From: Catajapyx aquilonaris
Lineage: Eukaryota
DNA: 46,505 nt
Assembly (NCBI GenBank): GCA_000934665.2
Contig: JYFJ02003084.1
Location: 1-46,505, forward strand
Reading direction: 5' to 3'
The notes beneath the pieces are model-generated. The model worked only from the letters and a program-made list of their open reading frames with translations, was not told the origin of the DNA and made no database searches. The translations under genes were made by a program, and so were the position numbers. Below, one piece after another: positions 23,201 through 36,760 of this stretch; position 1 is the stretch's first letter, and each line of letters begins with the position of its first letter.

Positions 23201-24713
23201 GGGGTGGACGAGGCAGGAATAGATGGCGGAGGACTGTTCCGGGAATTCCTTTCGGAAGTGCTTCGAACTGGGTTTGATCCCAATCGAGGCTTCTTTCGGC
23301 TGACTCATGACAACCTTTTGTACCCCAACCCCAGTGTACACCTCTTGCTCCCACCTGACCAATTCCCACGCCACTACTATTTTCTGGGCCGTCTGCTTGG
23401 GAAGGCATTGTATGAGAATATGCTGGTGGAGCTGCCACTGGCCCACTTCTTCCTTGCGAAGTTGCTGGCAAGGAGTTCGGCCAACGTGGACATTCACCAC
23501 CTGGCGTCTCTTGACCCGCTCATGCATCGCAATTTGCTTTCTCTCAAGAACTACCCAGGAGATGTGGCTGACCTTGGGCTTGACTTCACATTGCTGGCTG
23601 AGGAGCTTGGAGAGACAAGGGTCAGTGTCTCTTTAATAATGTAATTGTGTTGCTGTAGTGTGCCTTTAAAAGTTATGTGCAAGTAGACCTACATTTACAT
23701 GTTGGCAAAGATGATTTTCGCACTGGTACCAAGGAGTCTTCAAATTTCAACTATGTTGCCTGCACATATGTGAGAATGTTGAGATATTGACGTAGTGTTG
23801 TATAATTTTTTTGAACAGGTCGAGGAGCTGAAACTTGGTGGAGCCCAAATTCCTGTGACAGCATCGAATCGTATTGAATACATTCATCTAGTCGCTGACT
23901 TCAAGCTCAACAGGCAGATACGAGCGCAATGCAATGCATTTAGACAGGTAAGGCAGTACAACTCGACTAGTTTTTGTAAGACTTGACACTTCCTCTTCCA
24001 AAAATCTACAACTTTGGAATTTCTGTGATTTCTGTTTGCACGGATTTAACAAACATCGCACCTTCTTAGTTGAAGTCTTGTTCGGAACTGTTGTTATGAA
24101 AACTGTCCTTGACTCTTTGCCTGCTTGGGCCTGTGTTATTTTTACTTTGAGCATACTTCCTCGCTGAAGTCAATATCATTGAAACAATATATCAAACGTG
24201 ATGACCTTTCTGGTGTCATTAGTGCCTCGTATTCCCACAAGTCGGCTAGTGCATACAGGTAGTAAATGTGGAACTCTTAACCTGCAGGGCCTGGCCAACG
24301 TGATCCCTCTTGAATGGCTGCACATGTTCAGCTGCAAGGAGCTTCAGGTTCTCATCTCAGGGGCCCGTGTCCCGATTGACGTGGATGACCTGCGAGACAA
24401 TTGCGTGTATTCAGGAGGATACACCTCTGAGCACCCCACCATTCGACTGTTCTGGAAGGTGGTGGAATCGTTCACAGACCAGCAGAGGAGGCAACTCCTC
24501 AAGTTTGTGACGAGCTGCTCTCGACCACCGTTGCTAGGCTTCCGGGAGCTGTATCCACCATTCTGCGTTCAGAGTGCTGGGAGTGAAGAAAGGCTTCCAA
24601 CCGCCTCCACATGCATGAATTTACTGAAGCTGCCAGAGTTTTCAGAGGAGCATGCTCTCAGAGAGAAGCTGATATATGCCCTGGAGTCTGGCTCTGGTTT
24701 TGAACTTAGTTGA
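20266..24713 (+). CDS. UBE3C: HECT E3 ubiquitin ligase UBE3C, ~1060 aa
   Basis: Exons 20266-20893, 21400-21553, 21644-22782, 22914-23620, 23819-23947, 24288-24713, all in phase. N-terminus MYSFEGEFRTRP..LGG, IQ-like LQAFARG, HECT motifs EAGIDGGGLFREF and RLPTASTCMNLLKLP, C-terminus GFELS. Confidence 0.95.
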
Positions 24714-25625
24714 AGAATAATTACGGTGCAAAATAATTATTATACCCCCAATCCTTATGACCCTGAACTCTCAATCATTGTGGCCCCCCTCATTCAATAC
24801 ACTGACATTTTTTTGTTTTTTTTTGTTTTTTACTTTACATCACAGCAGAAAGAGTCTGCAAGAGTGTAAATAGTGAATTAGGTGATGGTTGAGTGTGGGA
24901 ATAAAGCGCATGAAGTGTGCATGACAAAAGAGTGGCGCATCCCTTCTAATTTAAAGTGTGTTTTAGGCTTGTCTGTCATTGAGTCATAGGAGTGCCAAAA
25001 ATGTTTCGGACATGCTGATAAATTTCTCCAGTGATTTGTGACAACAAAAAGTAAATGGTTAAATGGGATATTTCCACGTGATGTGACATTTCAAAGTTAC
25101 CATCAAGATTGTTGTATTATGTTCGTAAACGCATTAAATTTTTTGTAATTCCTATTGTAGACGATCTGTGAATCTATTTGCCAGCAGCTAGTGGAGTTTT
25201 TCCACTACCGTACCCGTCATTCATGAATCAGTCATATGCAAGTTGAGAAGAATAAAATATGTCACTTAATTTCGCACATGAGCTGGGCCTAGTAGAAAAT
25301 ATTTTGAGTTAAGTTGAACCTGAAATATGCCAATGGAATGCTCTACATACAAGAAAATAGTTCACGCATCATTATCATCCATGGGAAGTGGAATGCTCAA
25401 GTTCACAGTTCATGTGATGGATAGGTTTAATTTTCATTTGCTTACACAGTAATTTAAATTGCTAATTGTTTCAAGGAATCGAAATGTATTTGTGAAACAT
25501 CCCAAGAAAAAGTCCTGAGACAGATTTTCTGCTCTTTCTCTCTGGCATTACATTGCAATATTTACATGTTACATATAGTATATCAGCTACACCAACAATT
25601 ACTTCGTAGCGCCAGTATTCTTGTT

Positions 25626-26560
25626 TCATGGCCAATCTGCTCGGAGTTCCTCCAAGAACAGTACCACAAACAATGCCACACCATTGAGAATCATGGTCAC
25701 CAAGTTCATATCGAGAGAGCGCTTAGCTGAGATCTTGATGCGAGAGGGTGAGCACGGAGATGGTGGGACCCTGCCAGGTACTGCACTGTCCATGAAAAGG
25801 ATGAGGGCTGAGAAGAGGGAGAGGGCAGCTCCTGAGAAGGCAGGCATCAAAAACCACCTTCCTTTGGCCCATACTTTGGAGGCCAGCTCGGACACCTGGT
25901 TAGCTGACCCAAGCACAGCATGAGCAACTAGACCAAGGGATGGATAGGCCTCCGTGACATTTGACGCCAGTGAAGCCACCCACTCAGAGCCCCAATAAAC
26001 TGGCTGGAACATGACAGCTGTGTGCAGAAAGGATTACTTGTAGTAATTGAGGTCAGTCATGCAGTGTATGAGAAAAACAATTATGATGTACTTCTAGGAA
26101 TAACCATTAGTAGCAAATGCACTATTCAGCCATATTTAAAGAAAGCAAAACATTTATTTTTGAAAAATCCATACTTTTGATTGTTGTCACCTATGATTGA
26201 TATGGCAATTCTTGTTGTAACCAAGATGCTAAATTATAACCTGGTCAGTTAAACCGGCCATTATCCAAACAATCAATGCTTACTCCAATCGTAGAAATGA
26301 CTGAGGATGAAGACGGCTGCAAATAACCCGAAGATCGAAGCCTTATTGGACATGTAAGGTTCTTGCACAAAAACGCAATCAAGTGTACGAATCCTCCGCA
26401 CTGGCACTCGTGCATCATCCGAGTCGCTGTTGTCAGACTGCACATCCCCATTCTCAGCGGTGGTACTGCTCCAGGAAAATTCACTCGACGCCCGCTGCTC
26501 AGGGCTTGCAACGTAGTGCAATTGCCTATTAATTGCTTGATATGGCATCATTCTGGCCAT
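25626..26560 (-). CDS. ARL6IP6: ARL6IP6-like membrane protein, ~222 aa
   Basis: Exons 26560-26284 and 26017-25626 (phase 1). C-terminal DSAVPGRVPPSPCSP...ILNG matches the recalled ARL6IP6 motif DSxxPGxxPPxPxSP...AILNG; three hydrophobic segments. Confidence 0.82.
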
Positions 26561-26568
26561 ATGCCACC

Positions 26569-26627
<59 letters not shown>

Positions 26628-26660
26628 GACTACTACTACTATTATTAGTAGTAGTAGTAG

Positions 26661-26695
<35 letters not shown>
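26569..26695. repeat. Compound trinucleotide microsatellite (AAT)n(ACT)n(ATT)(AGT)n(GAT)n
   Basis: Read directly from the sequence. Confidence 0.95.
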
Positions 26696-27257
26696 CAATT
26701 TAGAGTCTGCCTGGTCTGCCTATGATTGATCCTCTTATAATTCCGAACACAAAGGTCATTGACCTGACCGTGGACCTGACCTTGTCTTGTTCTCAGCAGA
26801 TATGCCCTCTTTTTTTGGCAGGTGGTCAAGCACTGTGCGGGTCACTCTCGGTTAGGCAAGTACGGGTGCGCCTGGACCGCCTGGACTGAAATAGGGCCCG
26901 AGATGGCAGATTGGCAGCCGAAGACGAGAGGGGAAAATTTTGAATCTTCGTTCCTCTTCGGCCCTTGTGCAACTAATCAGGGTTGCCAACATTCGAATGC
27001 GACCAGTGCGACACATCAGGAAACAATATTTTACTCATTTCCTGTAAAACAATATTGGTGTTTAGAGCTCATATACATTTTCATATGCATTTAAATTTAA
27101 ATATATGTTTATTAAATTGTAATTGGGTACATTGCAGCGTATATGAAGACAAAACGTTATTTGCAAAATAGCTGCGATCACTCGCAAGATAGCGGCGATT
27201 TGAGAGTAGCGACTATTTGTCACCGTGACGTGATTTGAGTCCACTAGGTATTTAAAG

Positions 27258-28486
27258 ATGGAGGCCGAAGATGTGGTGATCACGACGGAGCGTGGATTCC
27301 GCAAGAAGGTGACCGCTGCTGAGCAAAAGGCGGCTGCGGAGAAGGAGGAGAAGGCCAAGAAGAAGGAGGAGAAGGCCAGGAAGAGGCTGAAGGCTGTGGA
27401 GGAGAGGACGGGCAAGAAGAGGGAGGACGGGGGCGAGAAGAATACGGAGGAGCAGCCAGAGCTTGTGTTCGACAAGCCGTCGCAGAAGAGGCACAAGGGA
27501 GAGGACCAGAAATACGTCCTCTTTGTGGGGAACCTCCCTTTCAAGTATGCATCGGGATGCTTCATGGACACGCTGTGGCTGGGATCAGTAGTTGTAAAGA
27601 ATTTTATTATTTCAGGGCGACAAAAGAGGACGTACTGGAACACTTTGCAGATGTGGGCGAGATCAAGAATTTCAGGCTTCCCAAGGACAAAGACACTGAT
27701 CAGCCGAAGGGATTTGGCTTCCTTGAAGTTGCCGATGCCACAGCGTTTGAGGTATGACTGCGACTTTAACCTCTGGATTTTGGCTGTTTAAACTGGGGTT
27801 TCTCAGTCGTGTTACTCTTGAGGAACCCTTGAAATCATATTCATGTCTCGGGGAACCCCTACAGAAAACTTATTATTATTAAACTGTATATCAACGATTA
27901 AAAAATGAATTTACATGCCGGTATATGTAATTAGCCTTTATCACTATTTCACATGGAACCCCTGGCAATGTTGCTCGTTGAACCCTTGTTCAAACTGTAA
28001 TGCCCAAGTGCACCAACGAAGTTACCGTTTAGATAGCTCCTCACAAATCGTTAAGGACACCGTTTTAACGAGTGCTAACAATCTGTTAGGAGCTATTGAA
28101 TCGGTAATTTCATTGGTGCAATCGGGCATGAGTGTAGGGCACAGTAATGGCAAGGTACTGCAAGAAAAACCTGTGTTAGATTTTATTACAAAAATGCAAT
28201 GTAGGCTACTGCTGTTTGAAACTTCTGGAAAAATCTCTCATTTAGGACAGTGTGGACTGGATATGATGGCGACTATTAACAATGTTATCTATGCTTGCAG
28301 AATGCAGTGGGCTTGCACCATTCATACATGATGAATCGGCGTATCAACGTTGAGTGGACGTTCCCAGGCGGTTCTGGCAGCACGCGGAGGCGACATCTCA
28401 TCAAGAATAAATCCAGCAAACTTCACCAACTTTCCAAGAAGGGAAAGATAAAGCGGCTCGCAGGCAAAAGGGAACATAACCGGTAG
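27258..28486 (+). CDS. Single-RRM RNA-binding protein, Nop6-like, ~202 aa
   Basis: Exons 27258-27544, 27616-27751, 28301-28486. Lys/Glu-rich N-terminus, RNP2 LFVGNL, RNP1 KGFGFLEV, LHHSYMMNRRINVEWTFPGG and a basic tail. Confidence 0.85.
27793..27990. mobile_element. Degenerate hAT-type MITE in intron 2 of the RRM gene
   Basis: CTGGGGTTTCTCAG start and four (G)GAACCC(C)T subterminal repeats. Confidence 0.45.
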
Positions 28487-29113
28487 TAATAAAAGGTTGA
28501 CTGTATTTTTACTACAATTCTCCATTTATGTCTTTCTCGGAGATTTCCCTGAGATCCATCACTTTGCATGCAGTGCAATTTCAGCACACACATGTTCAAT
28601 CAAAGTCACATGCGAATTGCATAGAGGAGACTGGTTCAGGCAACCTAATTCCGATGTAGGACTCTTGGAAAATTCTTGCCTTAAATCACACTCCTCCAGA
28701 GCAAACGTTTCTGACTGAATTGAATTTTCTTCATGTGAAGCAGACTGCAAGTGCATCTTATGTCCAATCTTCAGGTGTAATAAAACCGTTTTATTCGTGT
28801 AAAAAGGATGAACACTTACTCATTAGCTCCATTCAACAAGCAGTTATTTCATGGATTTTTTTATTTCACATATAATCTTGTATCAATGCAGTAGAAATAT
28901 ACGAAGGCTATATTAATGTTACATGCAATATATTGCAGGCAAGTAACAATTTTCAACAATCAATAATGACTATATTTGAGACTCCCATCACCTGCTTGCA
29001 ATCAGCCCCATCTCTGCCAAATGTGCAAATACTTTGTGAACACAATCACAAACTGATGCGGAACTGCATGTGCAAGCATACTTAATAACCTGGATAATAC
29101 AATTGTGTTAGTA

Positions 29114-29290
29114 CAGTCGACTCCGGATATAATTGCCTTGGCTGTAACAGACTCCCAGTTATAGCCAACTTGAAAGGCTGGTCCCAGCATACTTCTATAT
29201 ATGGCCTGGGTATTTGGATATAGAAAACTTTGATTATAGGATACTGATTTCTGCTGGTCCCTTGAAGTCTCTTATATCCAAACTCGACTG
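29114..29290. mobile_element. pogo/Tigger-like MITE with TA target duplication
   Basis: TA|CAGTCGACTCCGGATATAA...TTATATCCAAACTCGACTG|TA; contains CTGGTCCCTTGAAG. Confidence 0.8.
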
Positions 29291-29321
29291 TAGTACGTGG
29301 AATGAGGTCATGAGCTTGTCT

Positions 29322-32300
29322 TTATCCCATCATCTGAAAAAAAAGGAGAGGAAGTTAGAAAATTGGTTATTTGGGGATGAACTAAATATTCAAGTTATGC
29401 AGAATTATTCATGTGTTTGCACGTCTATACGTACCTGTGAAAAATACCGGTACAACACAGCAGCCAAGATTCCCAGCATGAAGAATCCAAGGTCTCTTGA
29501 CCAAGTGAGAAAGAACCACTTATGGTAATCGTAGATAAGTGCCATCATGCGGATGTTGTTTTCTGTGTACTTCGGGTAGCGGAAACGACCCACTGTTTCA
29601 CCCCAAGCCTGAAGAGTTCTCCTCATGGCTGGCTTCTTGTGTGAGAATGTGTCGAAGGTGAACTTGCCATGGTAGTTGCCCATACCACTACTTCCAACAC
29701 CTCCAAATGGGAGCTGATCAACTGAAAGAGATGACACTTTCATGTAAGACAAGCTGGTCTCGTTGAGGATTCACTAATTCAGAACTACCAAGCTTATTAC
29801 AAACATTGTGTTGATGTTAACATGGACGCCAAGTAATGGTGGTGGACAAGGTGAACATGTGACAGCTACTGTTAACACAACTTACCAATACACTGGAACA
29901 ATGTGTCATTAACGCAAATCCCTCCGCACGAGACTTCTTTCATCAGCTTGACCTGTGTCTTTTTGTCTTGTGAGAATATGTAAAAAGACAGCGGCTTGTC
30001 CCTGAAAAATTACAACCATCAGCTCACTAATCATTTGCTGAACAATAGGCCCTTTGTAGTCAGGCAAACCATGGCAAATTCTCTTTCAAAATTAATGAGG
30101 TTCTTAATGCCCTGGAGATAAATTATTCTTGAATTGAAAATGGCATGTCGGACAAACCTGCTGGTGATGAACTTGACAGCTTCTTCAGCAGAATTGACTG
30201 TGACAACTGGTAGGATGGGTCCAAAAATTTCTTCCTGCATAAGGGGATCATCAGGTGAGACGTCAACCACAATGGTTGGTGCAATCCACCTCTCTGAAGC
30301 ATCAGTATCTCCACCAAGGGCAATGTGGCCTTTTGTCGTATCCAGCAAGTTCTTCAAACGTCTGAAAATACCCAGCATTTGCGTAAACAGCATGAAACAT
30401 GATATTACCAATTCAGTAAAACCTCGATATAAAGCTCCCGCATATAACTCTATCCCGCTTTTAACGATCCTTTTTCCGGTCCCTAACTAATTCCCGCTTA
30501 TAACGCTAATGTTGTCTGGTCCCTTGAAGAGCTTTATATTGCGGTTTTACTGTATTATTAATACATAAATAATAACTTGTGCCCGGTGATAATCCCATGG
30601 GCTTGTTGGGGATAATTTCTTGAATGTCCAACATTATTCATAAACTTATTCTGATACGGTATGAAATGACTTACGCATCATTCTAAGCTTGTAAGCTATT
30701 GCCCAAAATTTGCATGCTGTAATAAGTATAGAAGAAAAAAATCATACTTAAAGTGGTTGTCGTTGATAATGCGGCACAAGTCAGGGGATGCCTTAGGGTT
30801 GTCCCCATACCAGCCATGCAAGGTGCTCTTGGCGTATGTCACCAGCTTCTTCTGAGCTTCCTTAGAGCACAGTAGATAGTCTGGAGAGATACAGGTCTGG
30901 CCCATGTTCATGCATTTGCCCCACATTAGGCGACGAGTTGCCATCTCCCATTCCACAGTTTCATCCATGTACACCGGGCTTTGAAAGAGAGGAACGACAG
31001 CAACAAATAAGAATAAGATTAAAAACTTGAGCATCACACAGTACTGTTGGAATATTGTTTTACCTCTTCCCACCAAGTTCAAGAGTGGTTGGTGTCAAGT
31101 ATTTGTTTGCAGCAGCATGAATAATGCGGCCTACTCGTGTAGAGCCGGTGTAGAAAATGTAATCAAATTGATGTTCCAGTAGTTTAGTGACAACTTGTGG
31201 ACCACCTTGTACCACTTGATAGCATTCCTGTTAAAGCAGAAAAAGAAGGAGACAATGAAGGACAGATTTATGATCCACATTTCATACTCTCAAGGTACTC
31301 ACAGGGTCAAGGTATTTTGGAATGAGCTTGGCCATGACCTGAGCAGCAAGAGGTGCAACTTCCGAAGGCTTCAGAATGACACAATTTCCAGCAGCTATGG
31401 CACCAGAAAGTGGCAGCAGTGTCAGATGGAGAGGATAGTTCCACGTACCAACAATAAAGACGACGCCATATGGTTCACTCACAATGGACCCAACGTCCGT
31501 AGGCAAAACCAAATTCTTTGCAATCTGCAACAATTTCCTTCATTTAGTACAGTTCCAGATGAAACATTGCCACAAACATACCAAAAAAAGAGGAGGGATT
31601 TCCCAGAGTATCATAAACAAACATTACATAATAATTGTGTAAGAATTGCAGTACTTGAAATATTCCAAAACAGGTCTAGGTACTTACATATTCGACTTTT
31701 GTCCATGTGCGCAACTTTTTCAATGCTTCTTGGGCATCCACTTTCAAGTACAGAACCTCAAACATGTACGACTCCAGCTTAGGCTGCAAGAGATCACTCA
31801 TAAAAATTGCTTATACAGTACTTACGGCCTTCAGGAAAACCAACAAAAAATTGTCACTACCAACTCACCTTACATATGCCTTCCTTGAGGGCCTCACAAA
31901 GCATCTCCTTGTTTTCTTCATACATTCGCAACAAGTTACGAAGTTGCTGCTCACGGAAATTGATGTCCCTGGTCCGACCAGATTTGAATGCCTCTCTGGC
32001 TCGTTTGACTACCTGCAATGCAAAATTAATTAAATGAAAATATTTAAAATCATGCAACTGTTGGATAATTTTGAAATTCACAAACATCTGAATCTCAGGA
32101 AGATTTCTGGACCAGCACGGACAATAAATGTGTGGGCCTACTGCATACATTTTCAATAATCACCATGCTTTACTTTAGTATTATTTCATGAATTTCAAAA
32201 AAACAATATGCTCACTAACCCAGTTGCACAATCTCATACTCTCTTTTTCATAGTCACCTCAGAAAATGGAAGTATTGTGATAAGTACCGGTACCGGTACA

Positions 32301-33283
32301 TTCTAATAATTGACAGTCTAATATTATTTCAAATTTTCTTTCTGGTGACATGTGTGAATAAAGCTGGCAAAGAATAACAGAAAAACTGCCAAACTTAGCA
32401 TGGTACTCACTTCTGCTGTATCCATACTGGACATGTTTTGGCCAAACTGATAGAAAAGAGGAGCTGTATGTGATGCTGAAGTAATCCTACCAGTTGACTG
32501 CGCCTTCTCACTGCTGATCAACTTTGAGTATGCGACACCTGAAAAAATATGTATAATTAGTTGCCATACCTCATTTCTTGGGAGCTCTACACAATACGCA
32601 TTGCACCGATTGGAAGTTACGCTAATGGGTTATTTGCATCCCCTTAATAATTATTCTGCAGTATGCGTACACTATTCTGCTGCTGGGATCTGGTATGAAC
32701 CACCACTTGCATTAAAAATATACCACAAACCTGAGTTACACAGTCACATGTTGAGTTAGTAGGAGGATGGAGGAGAGAATAGGTGCTCATGTAGTGTCTC
32801 AAGTGACCCTTTTGCCTATTGCCTTGAGTGTCAATTACGCCAGCTGCAATTAACATGCAGACCCAACTCTGCATGAATGCAAAAAATAAAAGTCCTTGGC
32901 CTTGGATCAAACACGGCACACTACCTTTGGATGAAAATGTTCCGGGTTTGATCCCAAGCCCAGGAATTCCCCCCCCCCCCCCCNCCCCCCAATCTCATGC
33001 AGAGTTTGGGGTCATCTCTGGCTTTGTTTCGGATGGTATTTCTGCCAGACTAACCACCCAGGGGAGTTCACAAAATGACCACAGCAATGACATTACACTT
33101 GCACTTTGCACATCCCCTCCCAGCTACCCCAAGGAACAGTGAATAGGCCGGAGGGAGCTGGCATAGCATAGGTGTAGTCAGTAATCTTTGAGCTACCCTG
33201 CCCTCAGACCAGGGTACTGTGTCGAGAATGAAAAACTACTGTAACCTTGATGAGGCAAATAAAGGTCCGTGCAAAAACACCCA

Positions 33284-33321
<38 letters not shown>

Positions 33322-34415
33322 CATCATCATCATCATCATCGATTCACTGCATATGTCAAATTACAGTAAGAGACTCAGTCCTAGTACTACTTGATAATGA
33401 CTTTAAAATAAATACAAATAATAAGGCAATTTTATTTATGACAGTCCATCTTCATCCAAACATCCAACATCCAACAATTTATTCATAAAAATTGTACCAG
33501 ATTTAAGCTACCAATCATAGCAGACATTCTTATGGTTTCTGTATTGTGCAAGCTCACAGTGCCAACCTTACAGTTATATGAACCTAACTAGTCTTATCAA
33601 AATGGTAGCAGTAAGGAATGAACGTCACATGTCCATGACTGGCACAGTTATCAAAGTCTGCAAAATAAGAAACCCAATTACGTAATAATCATTTCTCGTC
33701 ATAACAAAAAAAAAAATATCAAACCAGCCTACACGGCATGAGACACCCAGAATACTGGTAAAAACCCCACAATAAATAACGTAATGTTGTGATTTTTTTC
33801 CATGTTAAAGAACAAAACTAATAATGTAATTAAGTATATAAATCATATCCATGTACACTATTTCCTTTAAATATGCTATATTGGCACTGACTGTCAGTGA
33901 GACATTAACAAATAAAGGCAACTAGTTCAAGTCATCTGACATCAGTTAAACTCTCACTGGGCAAGAATTTTCTGCTTTAAAATGTAACAAATTACATAAA
34001 TGAAAAATAAATAATCAAAAACACATTTTCCTTTGTAATTCGTAAGCACTTCACTTAACAAAATGTAAAGTCATAATTGCAAGGAAAATCTTGTAAGAAA
34101 GTGTCACTCATCATGAGTAATTTTCCTACATATCACTACTTCATGTTAGCCTTGAGTTTTAGGCCAGCCGTCATGAGGCCCTCAGGACAATGGAATGGGC
34201 AAAATTCTTGGATAGTAGGGGAAATGAAAAGCTCCAGTACAACAGGTCTTGTACAAAATTACAATTACAGTGCCTTTAGCTTGAATGCGGCCCAGCCTAT
34301 CCGACAGTCATGCAACTGATATATGAAGCTCCCGTAACTTTCTCACGTCCTTGTACTGTACATAAGTCTTTTGGTGTTCCCTGCTGCATGCTATGTATTC
34401 AGTACAGATTTGCAT

Positions 34416-34487
<72 letters not shown>

Positions 34488-36760
34488 GATACCTCGTGAT
34501 AAGCATCCTTGGGCTTTTCAGGGGATCATCTTTTTAATTGACAGTCTTTATTCATTGCCTTTGCTGTGATGGATTTGATAGTGGGAGGAAATGGGAGAAC
34601 CCTAAGAAAACCCACGCGAACACGGAGAGATAGAGGTGGAAGGTTGCAGCGCTAACCACTACGCCACCGTGTTGCCTGTTGCAGATTTCCATTTAAGTTA
34701 TGAGGTAAAGCTGCTGTAATGAGTTTAAATCAATTAATGGCAGATAAATAGTTTCATTAATCAATTCAATAGTTACATAAAAATCTTAACCTTGAACCAT
34801 GAGCAATAAAATAGTTGACGTTCTCGTTGATGTTTTTAATATCAACATACACATCTCTGATTTATTTGTTCACTATCTTAAACTCTTAATTGTTCACTTG
34901 TAATAAATCATCACATGTGTCCAACATGTGGTGTAGCTGCAGCATGCAGGGCGATTGTAAAACCTGCAGCTCTAGCTTCTTCATACTAAGCAATAAACCC
35001 CAGTGGTAAAGCAAGTTTTCAAATACTACCTACTACCCTCAATTATGCTTATTGCTTACCATCCTACTACATACTCATTCTCTCATAGGCCTAATTCTAG
35101 TGCACACAATGATGCAACATGTGAATAGTTCCCTATAAAAATATTTGAAACTGTAGCTGCAGCAGCATTGCTTTCAAGCTTTAAATATTTGGACCCATGA
35201 TTTGTTTACGTGCACCCGAAGAAATGTTGTGACAATAACTTCCAGGTCTTTTCGTTGTAGCCTGCACACAAATCTTATTCACAAAACCCACGCTGAGAAA
35301 GTAAAAATAGCGAATAATTACTGCAAGTTGTGTAATAAACAGTTGTCATGCCTTCTGATTTGCTAGAGGCCATGTATATGTGCTCCACATAAAGTAAATT
35401 AATCAAGCTTAAAATGACACAAATTCTTTAGTAAGTACGCATTTTGGAGTGAGAGTTTTTTTTAAAGGGCAGAAACAGTAGTCCCACAAACAATACCCCA
35501 GTGCCGTGATGTTTGTGATGCCCATACATTAAATGGGCCATTATTATTTCGTGACTTATTATAGTCGTCCAAACACGCAAGTTTTAAAACGCAGCACACA
35601 AACAAATAAATATATGCACGTTCAGTATTCTCTTTCACTATCTGCATGTGAAACATGTCACAAATTATGATGCATGGGGATACCTTGGGGGATACATCCC
35701 AGGATCTGGCGCGAAATCTTCAACTTCTGAAGCACCCATAATTTCCACAATCTATTGAGCAATGTGAAACTAAAAATATCATGTAAATGAGTAGGGCACA
35801 CTCTAGTCGTTTCGTCCTCCAATGGAAAGGTTCCAGGTTCGATCCCAGCACCTGGTCTGTTCTCCTTCATATCTTATCTTCAATTTTCAGTCGTATGGGG
35901 GAATCATAATTCACTTCCTTGTCCACCATCAGGTCAAGGTCAGGCACGACAAATCCACTCCGACATTACCGTATATTTCAACATGACAAATTTCGTCAAG
36001 TAACTTACGCGTTACGAAATCCAAATTTTAAGCATGATTTCCCTCTGGTGAGTCACGTATTTGCGGTCTGCCGCCGGGCAGAAACAAAGAAAAAAATACA
36101 CCACAGTTCACTGGAATGTGCAATTGTCTATATTTCCAATTGTTCCGCGAAACGATCTGTTTTCGACACCTTTCTCGACTTCTAATAATTCCTCGGGAAT
36201 CCCAGGGCATCGGCATAGCTGTTAGTTAAACAATCGTTTTAGCATTAAAGTTCTCAAATCATGTCGATGTATTTCAAGTCTGAGTTAGGTTATGCTACTT
36301 AAGCGCTGAAAATAATGTATTATACATACTGTAGTTTTTATGCCATCAAGATAAAAAAAATGACCCTACATGTACCTTCCGGTACACATAGTGACAGAAA
36401 AAGTCGTCACGCTTGCTTGATTGAGCTTTGATAGTCAGCCAGGCGTATTATGGCTACTGCACAATCCATGCATTAAATATAGCATTTTAACAACTGTTAA
36501 GGATATATTCACTGGCACAATTATTTCGGACAACAATCAAGTGCACCAATTTCTATCCGTAATAAACTAGAATATGGCAACCTCGAGTCCGGCCAATGTC
36601 ATCAGCCCCAAAAAAGGCACGAGGACAAACCTTCCTCGTCGTGGTCCTGTGTCCCCCAACAGGAGCACAGTGCCCCTCTAAGCCAGGCCGACAACTTCTC
36701 CCTGTGCTTCCGCCTCTTCTTCTTCCTGGGTCGCGGGACAGTCCTGCTCAAGTGGGACAT
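29322..36760 (-). CDS. ALDH3-family (fatty aldehyde dehydrogenase-like) protein with C-terminal membrane anchor
   Basis: Exons 36760-36631 (candidate first), 32538-32411, 32012-31869, 31783-31688, 31524-31303, 31227-31064, 30978-30748, 30361-30158, 30001-29886, 29721-29435, 29333-29322. Motifs [32 protein letters not shown] (catalytic Glu), GQTC (catalytic Cys), [17 protein letters not shown]. Confidence 0.92.
30414..30552. mobile_element. pogo/Tigger-like MITE in an ALDH intron, related to 29114-29290
   Basis: CAGTAAAACCTCGATATAAAGCT...AGCTTTATATTGCGGTTTTACTG|TA; shares CTGGTCCCTTGAAG. Confidence 0.8.
32935..33145 (+). mobile_element. Probable SINE fragment
   Basis: B-box-like GGGTTTGATCCC at ~32945 followed by a poly-C run (containing an N) and a non-coding body. 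Confidence 0.35.
33284..33340. repeat. (ATT)n(ATC)n microsatellite
   Basis: Read directly from the sequence. Confidence 0.95.
34418..34676 (-). mobile_element. tRNA-derived SINE with V-domain-like core and (TTA)n tail
   Basis: Minus strand GGCAACACGGTGGCGTAGTGGTTAGCG (A-box), then GTGGGTTTTCTTAGGGTTCTCCCATTTCCTCCCA, ending in (TTA)n at 34418-34486. Confidence 0.65.
35795..35870 (+). mobile_element. SINE head fragment
   Basis: B-box GGTTCGATCCC at ~35836-35846 without a complete tRNA cloverleaf. Confidence 0.4.

Noticed and set aside
20155..23636. Many overlapping and antisense ORFs
   Set aside because: Shadow frames of GC-rich UBE3C exons with no motifs of their own
26363..26829. Poly-N/L/I/M ORFs, also near 33219, 34310 and 41557-41985
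   Set aside because: Translations of trinucleotide microsatellites
35795..35870. tRNA gene, also at 405-495 and 34640-34676
   Set aside because: Only isolated A- or B-box motifs without a full cloverleaf; better explained as SINE heads
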